From positions 1,116,001 to 1,180,000 of the forward strand of contig JAPETS010000002.1 in the NCBI GenBank assembly GCA_026023565.1: a DNA stretch of 64,000 nucleotides. The letters are read 5' to 3'. Shown one piece after another: positions 1-13,700 of this stretch. A model generated the notes under the pieces. That model was given only the letters and a program-made list of their open reading frames with translations. It made no database searches and was not told where the DNA came from. The position numbers were made by a program, and so were the translations under genes. Origin of the DNA: Cirrosporium novae-zelandiae. Taxonomy: Eukaryota. Position 1 is the first letter of the stretch, and the number at the start of each line of letters is the position of its first letter.

Positions 1-1732
1 CCTTCTTCTTCTTCTTCTCCTCCTCCGAGCCTTGAATATAAATACCCAAGTTATATAATAATATATAATGATAATTAGCAACTTCCTCGAAATTTTTAAA
101 AAAAAAAAAAACTTGAAATTTTGGAAGAGCGGGGAGCTGGGTTTTGTGGTTATAGGTTGGTGGTGGTGGTGATGCTGGTAGTAAGTAGTGGTGAAGAATT
201 TCAATTGTTTGGTTGTAGGTTGGTTGTAGGTTGGTTAGACTAAGGGCTAGATATTTGTGGCTAATTATAGACAAGTATGGGGTGGGGTGGGGTGGGGGTT
301 AGTTTACGCGGGGGGCTATATGGGGGGGGGGTTCTGGGTGTTCTGGGTGTTCTAGGTGCTTGTTTATCCACCTCTCTCTCTCTCTTTCTCTAGCTAGCTA
401 TCGAGAAACTTCCCTAACACTTGAAACACTCGAGTCCCCCATATCTTTTGTTTTTCCTTTATCTCTTTCTTTGTTTCGTTTTTAAAGTTTAATACCAGAG
501 AGAAAGGAGAAGGGAAGAGAAGGGTTGTGTTGTCACTTACGGTAATCTAATAAATACAATCTGTGCTCTCTGTCTCAATCCATCCTTGTGTGTGTGAAGA
601 AATGGGAAGAATGAGAAGAATGGGAATATTCCACAACCCCCCCCCCTACGACCGACCGACTTCACTGATTCGATTTTGAATTTTGAATTTTCAACCAATC
701 TCATCATGTTCATTCCACATTCCCCTCAAGCTTCTTCAATTTTTTTTTTTTTTTATAATTATTTCAGTTTCGAGAAATGTTTTCGAAAAAGGGATAAATC
801 TGGTCTGGTCTTGTCTAAGCTGCTTGGGTCGTGGTCTACATGTTCATCGGAATCGTGTCTAAGTTTGGGTGCGAGAGAGAGGCCCGAGAGGTGGAGTACT
901 TTCTTGCGTTTGCTTTTGTTTCTTTGTTTCGGTTGGAGGTTTGTTTCTTGGGGAGGAGAAGAAGAAGAAGAAGAAGACGTTGGAACAGTTTAGGATAGAA
1001 AAGACGGAATGGGTACGTGCGAGAAGGGTTTGAAGGTTGTAGGGGGTATTTAATACCTACGTAGGTAGTTTATAGGTAATGGTTCATGGTGGAATCTCTT
1101 CTCCTATCTACATCCATACGCTCTGTTCTTTATATCTATTCTTTATCCATATCCACCTTTACTCTTGAGATTTAATTGAATTACATATTAACGAAACCAG
1201 ATTAGAGATTTCGCCTTTTCGAACCACAAACCACGAACCACAAACTATCGACCGAAGCATCTGCACCATCTGCACCATCTGGGAACTTCTTTTCTCTTCT
1301 TCTTCTTGTTTGGGGCCGGATACCGGTATACCAGTGTCCCTGGGATAAAGAAGTGAGCAAAGGGTATTATATGACTTTTTTTTTTCTGTTCATATATACG
1401 GAAAAGTTCGACTCTTCGGCCTGGCTGGATCTGGCAGCACGAGCATTTGGAATCGGTCTGATCATTTTTTCTCTTTTTCTGTTGTGGTATTACATTCGGA
1501 TTGAGATTGAGACAAGCAGAGAAGATAGGGAAAAAATAAAGAACAGGCAAGAACGAGAAGAAGGAAGCAGAAACGAGAACGAGAACGAGAACGAGGTCAT
1601 TTTTCCACAAAAGCGGTGGTGAGTGGTGGTATTCACCCATCTTCTTCATCCCATTCGTCCATCAATCCAATTTCTTATCCAATAACCCCCCTACACACAC
1701 AAACCCCAACACAAACCAACCAATCAACCAAC

Positions 1733-1984
1733 ATGTGCCACATAAACTGCTGCATCCGTTGTCATCGTGCCCGCTTCGTTTACTGCACCCCCGCCCGCGA
1801 ATGGATCCAGAATCCCTGTGAGATGGATGTTGAAATTGAAATCAGAATTGGGAATGGGGATGGTGTTAGGAGGAAGGGGGGTATGAGGGGAAGAAGGATT
1901 AGGAGGAGAGGGAGGAGAGTTGTGATTGTGAGGTGTCCGAGATGTGTTGCTTTGAGGGAGGCGGAGAGGAGGGTGAGAGTATGA
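1733..1984 (+). CDS. Small Cys/Arg-rich hypothetical protein (83 aa)
   Basis: ATG in CAACATG context after a C/A-rich leader. Translation MCHINCCIRCH...YC...PC...RCPRC resembles small fungal Cys-rich proteins. No family recognised. Confidence 0.4.
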   Translation: MCHINCCIRCHRARFVYCTPAREWIQNPCEMDVEIEIRIGNGDGVRRKGGMRGRRIRRRGRRVVIVRCPRCVALREAERRVRV

Positions 1985-2125
1985 GTGTGGGTGGATGGGG
2001 AGAAAGGTTTTGATGTCGTTCTGAGAAAGAGGTAAATGAGTGGCTGAGTATATGTTTTTTATAGTCGCTCGCGAGTGTTATTTTTCGTCTGATTTGACCT
2101 GCCCTGAAATCTATCATATTCCTAT

Positions 2126-3085
2126 TCAAACAAGCTTTTTATACCCAACTTCCGTATATTCTTCAGCGATTATATTCCCCCGTTTATCTCGTATCTTCTT
2201 CGCCCCCATCTCGCAAATAGCAATCTTCTCCACACGAACATTGCTCATCCAGTCATACTCTCCAAAGTCTTTGAGGATCTGACTTGCATCGATCATCCAT
2301 TTCCCCTTTCTGCCTTTGCCGTGTCCGTGGCTTTGGGATCCAGAAGATGCATAGATGGTGTTGAAGATGGTGATGTGAAGGAGGAGGGGGCGATCATCAG
2401 GGAGGACGTATGAGGAGGATTGGAAAATGGACCGGAGACAGGTACAGAAGGGGTGGAGGCGGGATGTTTTGTCCTGGGGGTTGGCATAGAGGATCGAGGT
2501 TGAGTTTGGCTTGTGCATGGGATGAAGACCGTGGAGGGATACGGTTAGAGGACCTTGGGTTGAGGGCTGAGTAGCTGTTGTGGATATAGGCCGCGGGGAT
2601 GGGGTGCGTGGGTTTGGCTTTGACGGGTTATATAGAAAGTTGGCTGAGCTGTCTTGTAGTCGGTCTGCAGCTGTCGGTCTTGGGGCTCGTGTGGAAACAC
2701 TAGATGATCCTTTTGTGTTGAGCGAGTCCGTAGCTGGAGCCTTACCCCTTTGCGTTTGATTTCCTCCAACAGTCTTATTTCTAGCATCTTCACCTGCTTC
2801 CCTTAAAAGCTTATCCACGTCCAGTTCTCCCAGTAACTTTAGCGCACCATCCAACGCCTCCTGGGTCTTCAGGCTCATTACACCAATGGTCAAATGTAAG
2901 GTTCCTAAAGGTCTAACCGCCTGTTCTGGTAGTATATCCTTTTCTTCACGTACATTGAAATTGAGAGAATTAATACGAGATGTAAACTGTACGAGAGACT
3001 CTTGTAGATGTGGACGCGAAGACTCAGTGACAAGGGGAAGGCAAAGGAAATGTGTCAGAGGAGGTCTTGGGGGGTTGGGAGGCAT
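2126..3085 (-). CDS. AKAP7-like 2H phosphoesterase (2',5' RNA ligase-like fold)
   Basis: Intronless 319-aa ORF with N-terminal LTHFLCLPL, two HxT motifs (LHLTIGV, LHITIFNT) and C-terminal ICEMGAK. Confidence 0.8.
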   Translation of the reverse strand: MPPNPPRPPLTHFLCLPLVTESSRPHLQESLVQFTSRINSLNFNVREEKDILPEQAVRPLGTLHLTIGVMSLKTQEALDGALKLLGELDVDKLLREAGEDARNKTVGGNQTQRGKAPATDSLNTKGSSSVSTRAPRPTAADRLQDSSANFLYNPSKPNPRTPSPRPISTTATQPSTQGPLTVSLHGLHPMHKPNSTSILYANPQDKTSRLHPFCTCLRSIFQSSSYVLPDDRPLLLHITIFNTIYASSGSQSHGHGKGRKGKWMIDASQILKDFGEYDWMSNVRVEKIAICEMGAKKIRDKRGNIIAEEYTEVGYKKLV

Positions 3086-4145
3086 AGTTTGAATTGAGGA
3101 CTGTAAAGCGAGGATATATTTGACGTCTGATGTAATAGATGAAAGAAAGCTTTGAAACTAGAACCAAGAATGGTGGGGGTGCTATTGGCTTGACAATTTA
3201 ATGTGGTATCTTTTCAGCACCTAATGTTTTTAATTTGGACAAAAGACTTTTGTAAATGTTATTGATATGCGGGGATGGTGTTGGGGTCCTCCGTCAAAGC
3301 AAATGGTAAAATTTCATCTGATACCCCAATAATACATTATCATTATCGATCAATGGGTGAGGTTATTACCCGACTATCCCACCAATTGTAAGGCTTGTTA
3401 CGCATAAGCACCTCGTCGTTGGTGCTGGAGTATTGAACCAATGTGATCCGCATATTATATATATCCTTGCTGCATCAAGCATCAATTAATATCCTGGGAT
3501 CCTATTGAACCCTCTTTTCTATTCGCTTTCTCATCTAAGTACCCCTCTTGTCGCATTCATTTGTACTCGAGTCAAGTTCTAATGACCACAATTAAATTTC
3601 TCAGCCTTACCTGTTCGCTTCGGCTTCGTACACCCGGGAGCCAGCTACCCAAGGATCAACACAACTGGCAATGCTTACAGTCTTTGATATGGGGTCGGAA
3701 GGATTCCCCTCCCTACAACTCTCATTCAATCTTCTCATTGCTGACGCTAATGGTAGTTAGGTCTTATGCTTCGATATCATTTGATACCCTTGCCATCATA
3801 CCATTGTTTTCTCCTCTTATCTAGCCTCTTAGGTTCAACGTTCCTAAATTCCCAGAAATGGTGGGCACCCGAATAGTCATCTCGATGCGCCCTTGTTGGC
3901 TTTCTGTCGATCAGATAACTTTTAAGTAGCTGTCATGCTCATGCTTATTGAAAACTGAAGAGTTTGGGCCGTAAAATGCTGCTCTTTGATTCTCTTCGGA
4001 TTTGCATGCGGCACTTTACCTAGCAAGTGAAGGCATCACTATCAAAACCGTCAACCCAATTTTTCACAAGAGCCTCCAGGCAGCAGATTTGGCAGCCGAC
4101 CTATCTCGCTACTGTGAGTTCTCTTTATGTGAATACGCCTTCAGT

Positions 4146-5236
4146 ATGAGTGGTGTCACCCACTTTAATGCTAGCAGCAATGTACTTATTGGACCTCTAA
4201 CAACTACATTTTCCCCTCCGACGGGATGTTTATCAACAATAACCTCCCCGTATGGTAGTCCAAACCTCTATCTTGCAAAGACAGGGGAAATAATTGATCC
4301 CAATTGTTACCCAACGGATTATACGACAGATGATATATATTCTCCTGGATTTTGCCCCAGCGGTAAGCCCTTTAGAAATTAGACAAACTTCGGGTTCTTA
4401 CTTTTTTCTGGATAGGATGGTCAAGCGCTTGTACTCCGTTGGACACAGATGGTTCTCCTTACTTTACCTTTTCTGCAACATCTGTATCCGTTTATCAATG
4501 CTGTCCTACGTAAGTAGCTGATTCAAGTAATATCCTCTTATGTAGCTCTTCTGACCGAGCTACCAGTGGCTTTTCCTGTGCAATCTGGGCAAACTATCTT
4601 AATTATTACTTTTGTACCAGTAATATTCCAACCACCTCAATACCACTTTGGATCGTGGGTATTAGCTCTGGAGTCTCAATACAAACTCTTGTTACAACTA
4701 TCCCACATCCGTCATGGAAAGCTAATACCATTACATCCTCTGCTAGTAGTGGTAGTGCAGTCCAAACCATAACTACAAGCTCTTCACCAAAAGTCTACGC
4801 AAAACCTATATTCGTGGCATATCAATCCACAGACACTCAAGTCGTTTACCACTACAGTCCATCACTTCGACCTACATCGGTATCCGCAACCTCAGATGCC
4901 TCAACAAATAGTGGTCTTTCAACCGGTGCTAAAATCGCCATTGGGGTTGTCGTTCCTCTCGTTGTCATCTTCTCCGCCCTCCTGGTTGGATTCTTCATCC
5001 TTCGCCACCGCCGACGCCGAAAGCTACAAATGCAAAATACAGCCCCAATCCAAACGACACAACCAATGCTACCTTTGGATTTTGAGATGAACCCTCCGAG
5101 CGAGCAAAAACGCGATAAAAAACCTGTATCCGAGATGCCAGATTCGTCGAGAACGGAACTGCCAAGCCCACAGCAGATCCCGCCAGTAGAGCTGCCGACC
5201 TCTTTACCTGTGTCCAAGTCTTCAATTTTACATTAG
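4146..5236 (+). CDS. Cys-containing, Ser/Thr-rich single-pass membrane protein
   Basis: Exons 4146-4362, 4416-4509 and 4567-5236 splice in frame. Motifs GPLTTTFSPPTGC, CYP, YSPGFCPSGW and CCPTGFSC are followed by the TM segment GLSTGAKIAIGVVVPLVV.., a basic stretch RHRRRR and an ELP-repeat tail. Confidence 0.8.
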
Positions 5237-5559
5237 CTAGAATTGTCTTGGCGGTGATGTGTTGGCTCTCACTGCAGCGATGGACTAGGGTTTGGAACTC
5301 GGTGTCCATTAGCACTTGGCATCATTTCCTATCAACCGTCTTCAGACCCCAGCAGAGCAACTTCGCACATGTTTAGATGGAGGCACAAACAGCCCGCGCA
5401 TGAAGCCAGCGGCGTCATTCTACGACAACGATTCTTACTTTGCTTGCCCTGGATAGACAAGACGAGATAGGCCAATCTTCGAGAACGTTCTTGATATCCC
5501 CCTCTTTCTCCCCCAAACTCTCATTGCCCATCAATATCCCTCAAAACATCAGCAATAAA

Positions 5560-8500
5560 AGACGCGTGGGATATGCAGACGTACAGACATAAATATATAC
5601 ACACATCTACCTAATAGCCTGAACAAACCCGAGAAGAGAGAAAAGGAAAGCAGGAAAGAAAGAAAGACAAAAATACGCACGCATTCACGGCGAAATAACA
5701 TGTAAATAATATAATAATATACCCATATCTATATCCGTACCCAACTAACTACCAGAGCCAACCCACCACTCCACTCCCACTCCTATCAGCTAACACAAAA
5801 TTCCATGCCATGCCATAGATATACCCAGCATTACAAAATACTATAACTATAAGTCTATTACCTAAATACCTAACCACCTACATAATATCCAAACACCACT
5901 ATCCTCAATCTTCTATCTCCCATCCCCCATCCCCCATCCCCCATCCCCCATCTTCCACCTTCACTCTTCCACCCTCTTATAAAACCCAAAACCCAAAACC
6001 CAAAAAACAGAAAACCAAAACCACCAAACCCATTCAAGTTAGCAAAACTCAATCATCATCTTATCAACCAGCTACGGCGCATGCAGGATTATATATTTAA
6101 GATTATAAATCTATCCCCTAATGATGTAACTTGTAATACTGGGTAGGTAGGGACTGCAGATACTTGTAGGTACTTGTACTTGTATCCGTCCGCTCCGCTT
6201 AAGGGATTAGCGGATTGATGGAGGGATAGATGGATGGATGGATAGATATTCCAGTGTCGTTTCTTTAGGGTAGGAGAGAGGGATGAAAGTAGGTGGGTGG
6301 GAGTGCTGGGTTAGATTAGGTTGGGTTTTAACAGTGAGTGAGTGGGTATGCTAGTTAGGTCAGCCAGTGACCCCCTCCTCCTCCCTCCCTTCTACTCTCT
6401 ACTCTCTACCCACATTATCAAGTCTTAACTTAACACACCACACTACAATAAACCATATTCAATACCAAGATACCTAGGACCCCAATAAGTGAGAGAGAGA
6501 GAGAGAGAGAGAGAGAGGGCCCTTTAAATCTATGAATAATTTATAAATCCATAAAAAAATAAAAATAAAAATAAAGCCTCCCACTATTGAAAAACAAATT
6601 AACAATATTTTTTTTTTTTTTACTTAACTAAGCCAAAAAAACAAAAAGGATATGGGATAATTATGGGATAAACATGGCTGCCTACCACGCTGTATGTAGA
6701 CTAATAGCCTATATTTTTGTTACTATTTCTGTCTCTATCTCTCATGGTTATATATATATATATACACGTATATATTCGAATTGAATCCCTCATTACATTA
6801 TTTACATCTTCATTTACCCCTCTCCCCCTCCCTCTCCCCCTCGCGTTATAACCACCTAGATTCTCTACACAATAACCCTCATTTCCCCCTATTTTTTCAA
6901 TCATGTTTTTTTCTTCTTTTTTTTTCCTTCCTCCTTCCCTCATCCCCCCATTTTCAAAAAAACAAAAAGCCCATATTGAGTTACAATCATCTATATATAT
7001 ACATCCCTTAAATACGAAAAAAAGGAAATCTAAATACCTAAAATACCGGGTCCTCCCCCTGGCTGCTATTGCTGCTATTGCTTGCAGGTTTCTTGGGGGG
7101 TTTTCAAAATTAATTATAAATTATTATGTATTGTACTGGAGGAGCGTAGAAGGGGGGGGGGGGAGTATAAGAGAGAGGGTACAGTAAGAGGTAGGTAGGT
7201 TAGATGTTAGGAATTAAGAATTAGGAATTAAGAGAGAGAGAAAAGGGGATGGATGGGGTAACATAGAATTGAATTCCCTTATTCCCCCCCCCGTTCTCAG
7301 ATCCACACACGTCCTAAAGCCTTCTAATTATTACCATATAATTACCGTACCATAACCCCCAATAACCATACATACAAACCACTTGAGTGTACACCTTCTC
7401 CTTCCTACTTTACACCCTCTGCTATATCAAGAATATATACATATACATATACATATACATGACATGAATAACTAACCACCAACTAATTAATTTTTTTTAA
7501 CTTTTTTTTTCTCCTCCTCCTCCTCTTACTCCCAATCCACATCCTACTCCCCGCTCTAGATCCTAATACTAATCTAGCCCTTTCTTCCTTTTTCTTAGGT
7601 TTGGTGTATTAATTAATTAATCAATCATTCCCTTCCCTCCCTCCCTCCCCTCTCTCTTTCTCTCGGGGGGTTATTCTTTTCGAAAAATATATATACATTG
7701 TTGTGAATAAATTCAGTAATGGTTGGGGAAATAAGGGTACGGAACAAGTAGTTGTATTTCCTTAAGGGATTAGTAAGTCAGCCCTAGCCCTAGTCTGGGT
7801 GCCTAAGGTACACATGCGGCCTCTCTACGGTCGGCCTACAACTAAGTGGACCTTCTAGGATATTATTTACAACACTTATAATATTTATATGTATATGGAT
7901 GTGCAGGATGTGCAGGATATGTTTTATGCGTACGTTGCACCTTTCGATAATTATTGTGTGCGTGCACATTAGGATGGAGGGAAGGGGTTGAGAACTTTTG
8001 GGAAACTTTTATAGGGGTTGGTTGGTTGGCGTATAAGCGGTATCTTGGTGTGTTAAGTGTATGTTTGGAGGTTGGTGGGTAGGTTGGTGGTTGCTAATTA
8101 TGATTTTTTTTAATGATTCTGGGGGTTTAATTAGGGGTTTTTGATATATTATTGTTTTGCGGGAAATGACAATCGAAATCGAAATTGAAATCGAGAGGAG
8201 AGGAAAAGGAAAGGAGGGGAAAATCGTGATTAGGTTTCCTGAGCTAACCCCTCGTTATTTTATTAAACATTCAGTGAGTGTAGTGTGTGTTAACTCGATA
8301 ATAGGTGAGAAGATAGGAGGAGGTTTATTGAATGATTATCTAATATATTAACTAATTAATGTAATCTAGTTTCGTGTTGCGGGCGTAGCTAGGTTATATC
8401 TATATTCTAATACCAAGTATCCGTTTAAGTAGTGGATAGATATCTTATGTTCTTTTTGGCTTAGGTAAGTAAGATTTCGTAAGAGTGTTGGCTTGTCTTC

Positions 8501-9000
8501 TAGTAGAAGGGCCTCGTTTTCTTTCATTTTTATATACTTTATGGGTTTATGGATATGGATGTAGAGATCGATATGATACCTCTTACTGACCAATTGAATA
8601 GAGAGGGAAGGGGTTAATTTATTGATTTATGGCGATACTTGTTTGCTTGGTTTGTTAAGCAGAGCAGAGTATTTATGGCATCCGACACCTGGAACCCTGC
8701 TGTAAGGGTCCTAGTGGAACCTGTAATAAATGGATTTTGCCTTTTGGGGGTGGTGGGGTTGGGGTTATGGTATCTTGGGATGGAATTAATAGGGATAGAG
8801 AATAAATGCCCTTGGGATATTAGTATTGCGTTTTAACTTAGGTGGGGGGGGGGGAGAGAGTGGTATTATCGTAATTATTATTATCATTATTATCAAGAAG
8901 GCGGGGGAGAGGGGGGGGTTAATGTCAAGGATGAGGAGGGGATGGAAGGTAGATGTTTTCTCAATGTTGACGGTTGACGCTGGTGATTTTAATTGACTGA
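5560..9000. repeat. Low-complexity, microsatellite-rich intergenic region
   Basis: (GA)n near 6492-6517, CCCCAT, GGAT and ATATAC repeats and homopolymer runs. ORFs here have only biased composition. Confidence 0.75.
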
Positions 9001-9138
9001 CGGGTTGAGTGAGAGGGTCAATTAATTAGAAAGAGAACGCCCCTTCTTGATATTTCGTTGGGATAGGACTATGCTTTTTCTTTCTCTCTCTTTTCCCTTA
9101 TGAATCTGATAGGTCGTGGTTGGTCATAAGGTGACAGG

Positions 9139-11006
9139 TTATATTGATTTTCGGATGATGCGATTGCGGAAGGGACGAGATGGGGGAAACCCTCTTTGGA
9201 TATTGTTCTGTGTCTGGACTTGGGGTTTCTTTTCGAAACGCTTGTTGAAGAATTTTTCTGTGGATGGGTACATGGCACTAGGAGACTGAATTTAGTAAGG
9301 CTCTTTATGGTGGGGAAATGGAATGGATTAAAATACCCCTGATCATAAGTCGAGACCTGCGTATTGGCACCCGTCATATTCGTTCCCTCGTTTCCGGCCG
9401 CATTTCCAGAGTAGCCCATGCCATAGGCTTCGCAAGCCGCGATATGATCTTTTGGAATGGAGACGTTGCTGAGAAGTTCGGGAGCTAGGATGAAGGTGGC
9501 CGTAAGACCAGATACCACGTGCCATTCGACATGGCAATGGAAGAGATAGATGCCGGGATTGGTTGCCTGGAATCGCAATCTGGCATAGCTGTTTTCGTTG
9601 AGCATGACGGTATCGCGGCGAGCGGGAATGCTGGAGACGTTGCCGCTGGTACCGTTAAAGGGGCCAACATGCGATAATGCTCGTTCGTAGACCTGGAATT
9701 GGTGGCCGTGGAGGTGCCAGGGGTGGAGATTGTAGTGCATGTTGTTTAAAATTATTTCTACAATTTCTCCGTATTTGACGACGTGGGGGTTTACTTGGCC
9801 GTAGACAGTTGGGTTGGAGGCATACTCGTCGCCGACAGTGATGGCAGTGTAGAGGGTGGGAACACTTTGTGCCAGATATGTCTCGTTGTTGATGACGGCA
9901 CGCTGGATGTCGTTGATAGATTCAAAGCTTGTGTTCAGAGTGAAGACATGATCAGGGGGGTCGAGAAGAGGTTGATGGTCTATAGGAGTAGCCGTGGAAT
10001 CATCCCAGAAATCAAATTCGTAGAGACTCACTTGGTCAGGAAGCGGCTTCTCCTCGTTATAGACGAGGTATGCGGTTATATTAGGTTGATACCCCTCAGG
10101 TGGAGTAAACATGTTGATATCCAGAATTGCGAGAATAGGGTAGTTCTGGTCGGTATTGTTTTTGGTTGTGATGAGAACGTCCACTCTTTGGCCAGGGGCA
10201 ATACGTAAGTTTTTGGACTCTCCTATATAAGTTTCTTCAATATATACTCCGTCTAGTGCGACAACGGTAAACCAATGGTCATGAAAATAAAAAGCGTGTC
10301 CGAGGAAGCTTGCAATGTTGATGACACGAACGAGATAAGTCTTATTAGGCTCTACGCAGATGGTAGAGTTTTGTGCATCATTGATTAGGCCACCAGCAGG
10401 AATTGGTTCTAAACCGTTGTTGCTGTTCTCGTTTAATCGGGACTCATAGGTATGAATCAAAGGCGCCATCTCCTCATTATACCAATCTGATAGGGTGACG
10501 GTAAATTCACCATCAATTTGGTTGAGATAAGGAGCATTTGGATCATGGACGATAAGAGTGCCTCGTAAACCATCTGGGTATTGGCCCATGTTGTGAGAGT
10601 GATACCAGTAGGACCCAGGTTGATTTATCTGTAGTCATCAGTACAATGAGTAAGTGATAGCCAGCTTTAACTATACCACAAAGTCATATGTGTAGTTTCC
10701 ACCTGGTGGAATAGGGCACTGGGTGGCTCCAGTCGTTCCGTCCATATAATTCGTTCCATCTTGGTGAATGCCATGCCAATGAATACCAGTCGATTGATTG
10801 CCTAGGGAATTTGTTATATGAATGACAAGACGATCCCCAAGGTCAACCTCAATTGGAGGATTAGGCCACTGTCCATTAATACCAATGACAGATCTTTCGA
10901 CATGCAAGGGAGAAGCTCTAGTCCAACCAATATCCCAATTGTTAACGATCGTCTTTGCAGACGCAGTAGCCCCAAGGCATGACAAAGAAAGGATGAATGA
11001 AAACAT
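9139..11006 (-). CDS. Secreted multicopper oxidase, Fet3/Abr1-like clade, no C-terminal TM helix
   Basis: Signal peptide and all four Cu motifs (HWHG, YWYHSH, HPWHLHGH, HCHVEWH). Exons 11006-10677, 10628-9337 and 9277-9139. The last intron is inferred; unspliced, the frame stops at 9069. Confidence 0.92.
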
Positions 11007-12727
11007 GTAGACAATGGAGATTAACTATGAATAGAGAGAAGAACTGAGCAAGATTTTGGTACGGTAAAAATTTCTTTTTCTGGTAGGTCGCTGAAGATAT
11101 AATATCAAGGCCCTAGAAAGGGGCAGTCCAAAAGTCATTCATAACATACTGTGATATTATTCATTTGTGGAATAAGTCGTACGCACTCATAGAATGTTGC
11201 CGCCACCGATGTTGGCAATTATGACAATGAATTATCTGTGCCATAGGTTCTAGGAATATCGAGACTGAGGTGCATAACCAAACTATGGTGGATGCGTAAT
11301 CAAGCATTGTCGAATAATAGGCTTAACGGGAATATGATATTGCTTATTATAGAGACGGGTTCTAAAGCAATCATTCCGACCATCATTCAAATTACTCGCT
11401 TCTAGGACCTTATAGTACAGGCCAATACTGTTATACCGATAAAGTAGCATTTCTGGTGTATGCTAGCATGCGTACAACTTGCATAGACTTGCATAGGACT
11501 CCAAGTGGCGAACCTGATAGATATCCCAATTGACTAAAGCGCAATCTGTGAAATCGAGCGCGATTTATGTCTTCTCATGCAATAATTGTACAATACAAAA
11601 GGAATAGTTGTACACCTAAATTCGAATCATTCCTCTGGTACATGAGTACGCATGAGTTACATGAGTCATATGATATGGATAATCATTAACTTAATTCACC
11701 CGTTTAATTGAGGCTGCGTAGTCATTCAAAGTCCGGCCAGGATGGTCAGAACAATGGGTAGAATGTATATGTAACGGCCCGAACTTGATGTACTGGCTCC
11801 GCCACCATAGTTTATCCAACAATGAGATGAGTTTAGTTTCCCGACTGACTGATAGTTAAACCGATTATTTGAAATGTTTACAAATTTTGAGTTGTAGTTC
11901 CCGAACTGAGATGGGAGTGGACATGATCAAGGTTCTCGGGTACTATGTTGGTCACATATAAACTTGAAAATTTGATGCAAATGATACAGGGAAGTCTGCT
12001 CATCCACTGAACCGTGGTGTAACAATCGAAAGAAATCATACAGGACCTATAAGCAGCCATTCTGCTCTAGAAAGTAACAGCAATAAAAATCGTAATAAAA
12101 GTGAAAGTAACGATTAACATTAAAATTCAGCATTAAACACAACCATAGGAATTAAAGTCCTTGACACACTCACAGATTTGAAGAGAAGAGTAAGTGAGAA
12201 GAATTCAATGAGCGGGATATTGCATCGTATCAAGTGTGAACGTGCATTGTCAAATTAAACTTTGATCATTTAGGGGATGAAGTTAGTACTCTAGAAGCGA
12301 GAAACTTCTCCAACCACCAAGGTCGAAGAAATCCCGGTCTTATAAAGTATTCTAGAGGGCCGAAGAAGTTCTTCATGGCATCCTTAGAAGGGTTATCTGA
12401 GTGATTTCACTGGCGGACATGTTTCACCTTTAACACGAAATCACCGTCCAACGCTACTCTCTTGGCCACAGGATGACTTGCATCAAATTCAGATATAACG
12501 TGCTGTCCAAGGTATTGAAACATTTTGTATCCATTTCTCAGTTACCGTCCTTAAATTCTAATCCTTCCATTGTTCATCTTTCTCAAGAATGTGTATTGAC
12601 CTCCGTTCATACAAGACAACTTGAACATCAAAACCTTATTAAATAGTAAAACAAGAGAGAAGCGAGGAAGTTCCTCAGGTTATCAAGTTATGGACATTGA
12701 TCCGCAAATTCCATGCCCGATGACACT

Positions 12728-13700
12728 TTATGTCCGATCCATCAACTCCACCGGTGGCCTTGCTGTATGGGCCATCGTTATTTGTTCTGGGTCAATCGAG
12801 AATCCTATATCAACCGGGCTATCACTAACGTCCTCGACCATCACAGCTGGTAACTGAGGGCTATCTCCATCTCTCTGCGGACAATAAAGCAATGTACTAC
12901 TTCCACTCCGTGATCTTCCAGATACCTCGGCAGAAATTGGTGATTCCGTATCCATTTCATTAGGGTCAGCATTCCTTGCATGCAATTTTGCCAAAGCAGC
13001 AGCTAAATCATCTGCATGTACGTCCTTGTTTGGTGGCCCTTCATTGTGCATTACCCATCCCACAGGTGGACTTGGAGGTGGACTTATAAAGAAGAGCCTC
13101 TGAGATTTTGGTGCCGCCAGATATTGATCTGTTGGCCGTATAGGTGTTGGTTCACCAAAGTATATCCGAGCTCGGGAGTCGAAAACTGTTTCGCCATCCA
13201 TAAGTTGACGGATATGTACAGCATCGGATGTACTATAAAATGAGCAAATAATACGGCGAAAAGACTTTAGCGGTGAGAAGGAGTATAATTCGGCGTTTTC
13301 GGATATCAGATTTCGTATCTCGGTTAGGGTGGCGGGATGGAAGATGGCGGGATTATTAAGGTTCTACGGGTATATTAGTATGCTAGAAATCAAGAATCAA
13401 AGAACAAGTCAGGCATGATGTTTATGTTCGAAGGTGACAGGTTGAAACAATATATGGTTCAAACAATGTATGGAATAAAGTATCCAGAACATATTATTTG
13501 GTTTCTATGGGTACAAGGGAGGAACCCACTGTGATTAGGAGCGTATTTGAAGGAGGTGATGGTTGGATTAATGGAGGCAATGTTGACAAGTCGAGGGATA
13601 GAGGTGAATGTGACCGTTTTATCGATCTTGGTGTAGATATGCCGGATGTCGGTGCAGATGTCGGTGTGGCGGGTTGTTGGCTGGTAGTTGAGTCTGCCAT
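12728..13700 (-). CDS. RCN1: Calcipressin (RCAN/Rcn1, calcineurin regulator)
   Basis: Exons 13700-13530 and 13363-12728. Contains SNTLLITNL, LKSFRRI, the FFISPPPSPP signature, PxIxIT-like PAVMVE and terminal TARPP. Confidence 0.92.

Noticed and set aside
676..1649. ORFs 676-993, 1245-1649 and 1353-1622
   Set aside because: They are built from homopolymer and simple repeats with no recognisable motifs. 1353-1622 has a TM-like stretch but too little support.
5870..8836. Short ORFs in the microsatellite region
   Set aside because: The translations simply mirror low-complexity DNA.
13364..13529. Long (166 nt) RCN1 intron as a snoRNA host
   Set aside because: No convincing box C/D or H/ACA arrangement, only a short internal direct repeat.
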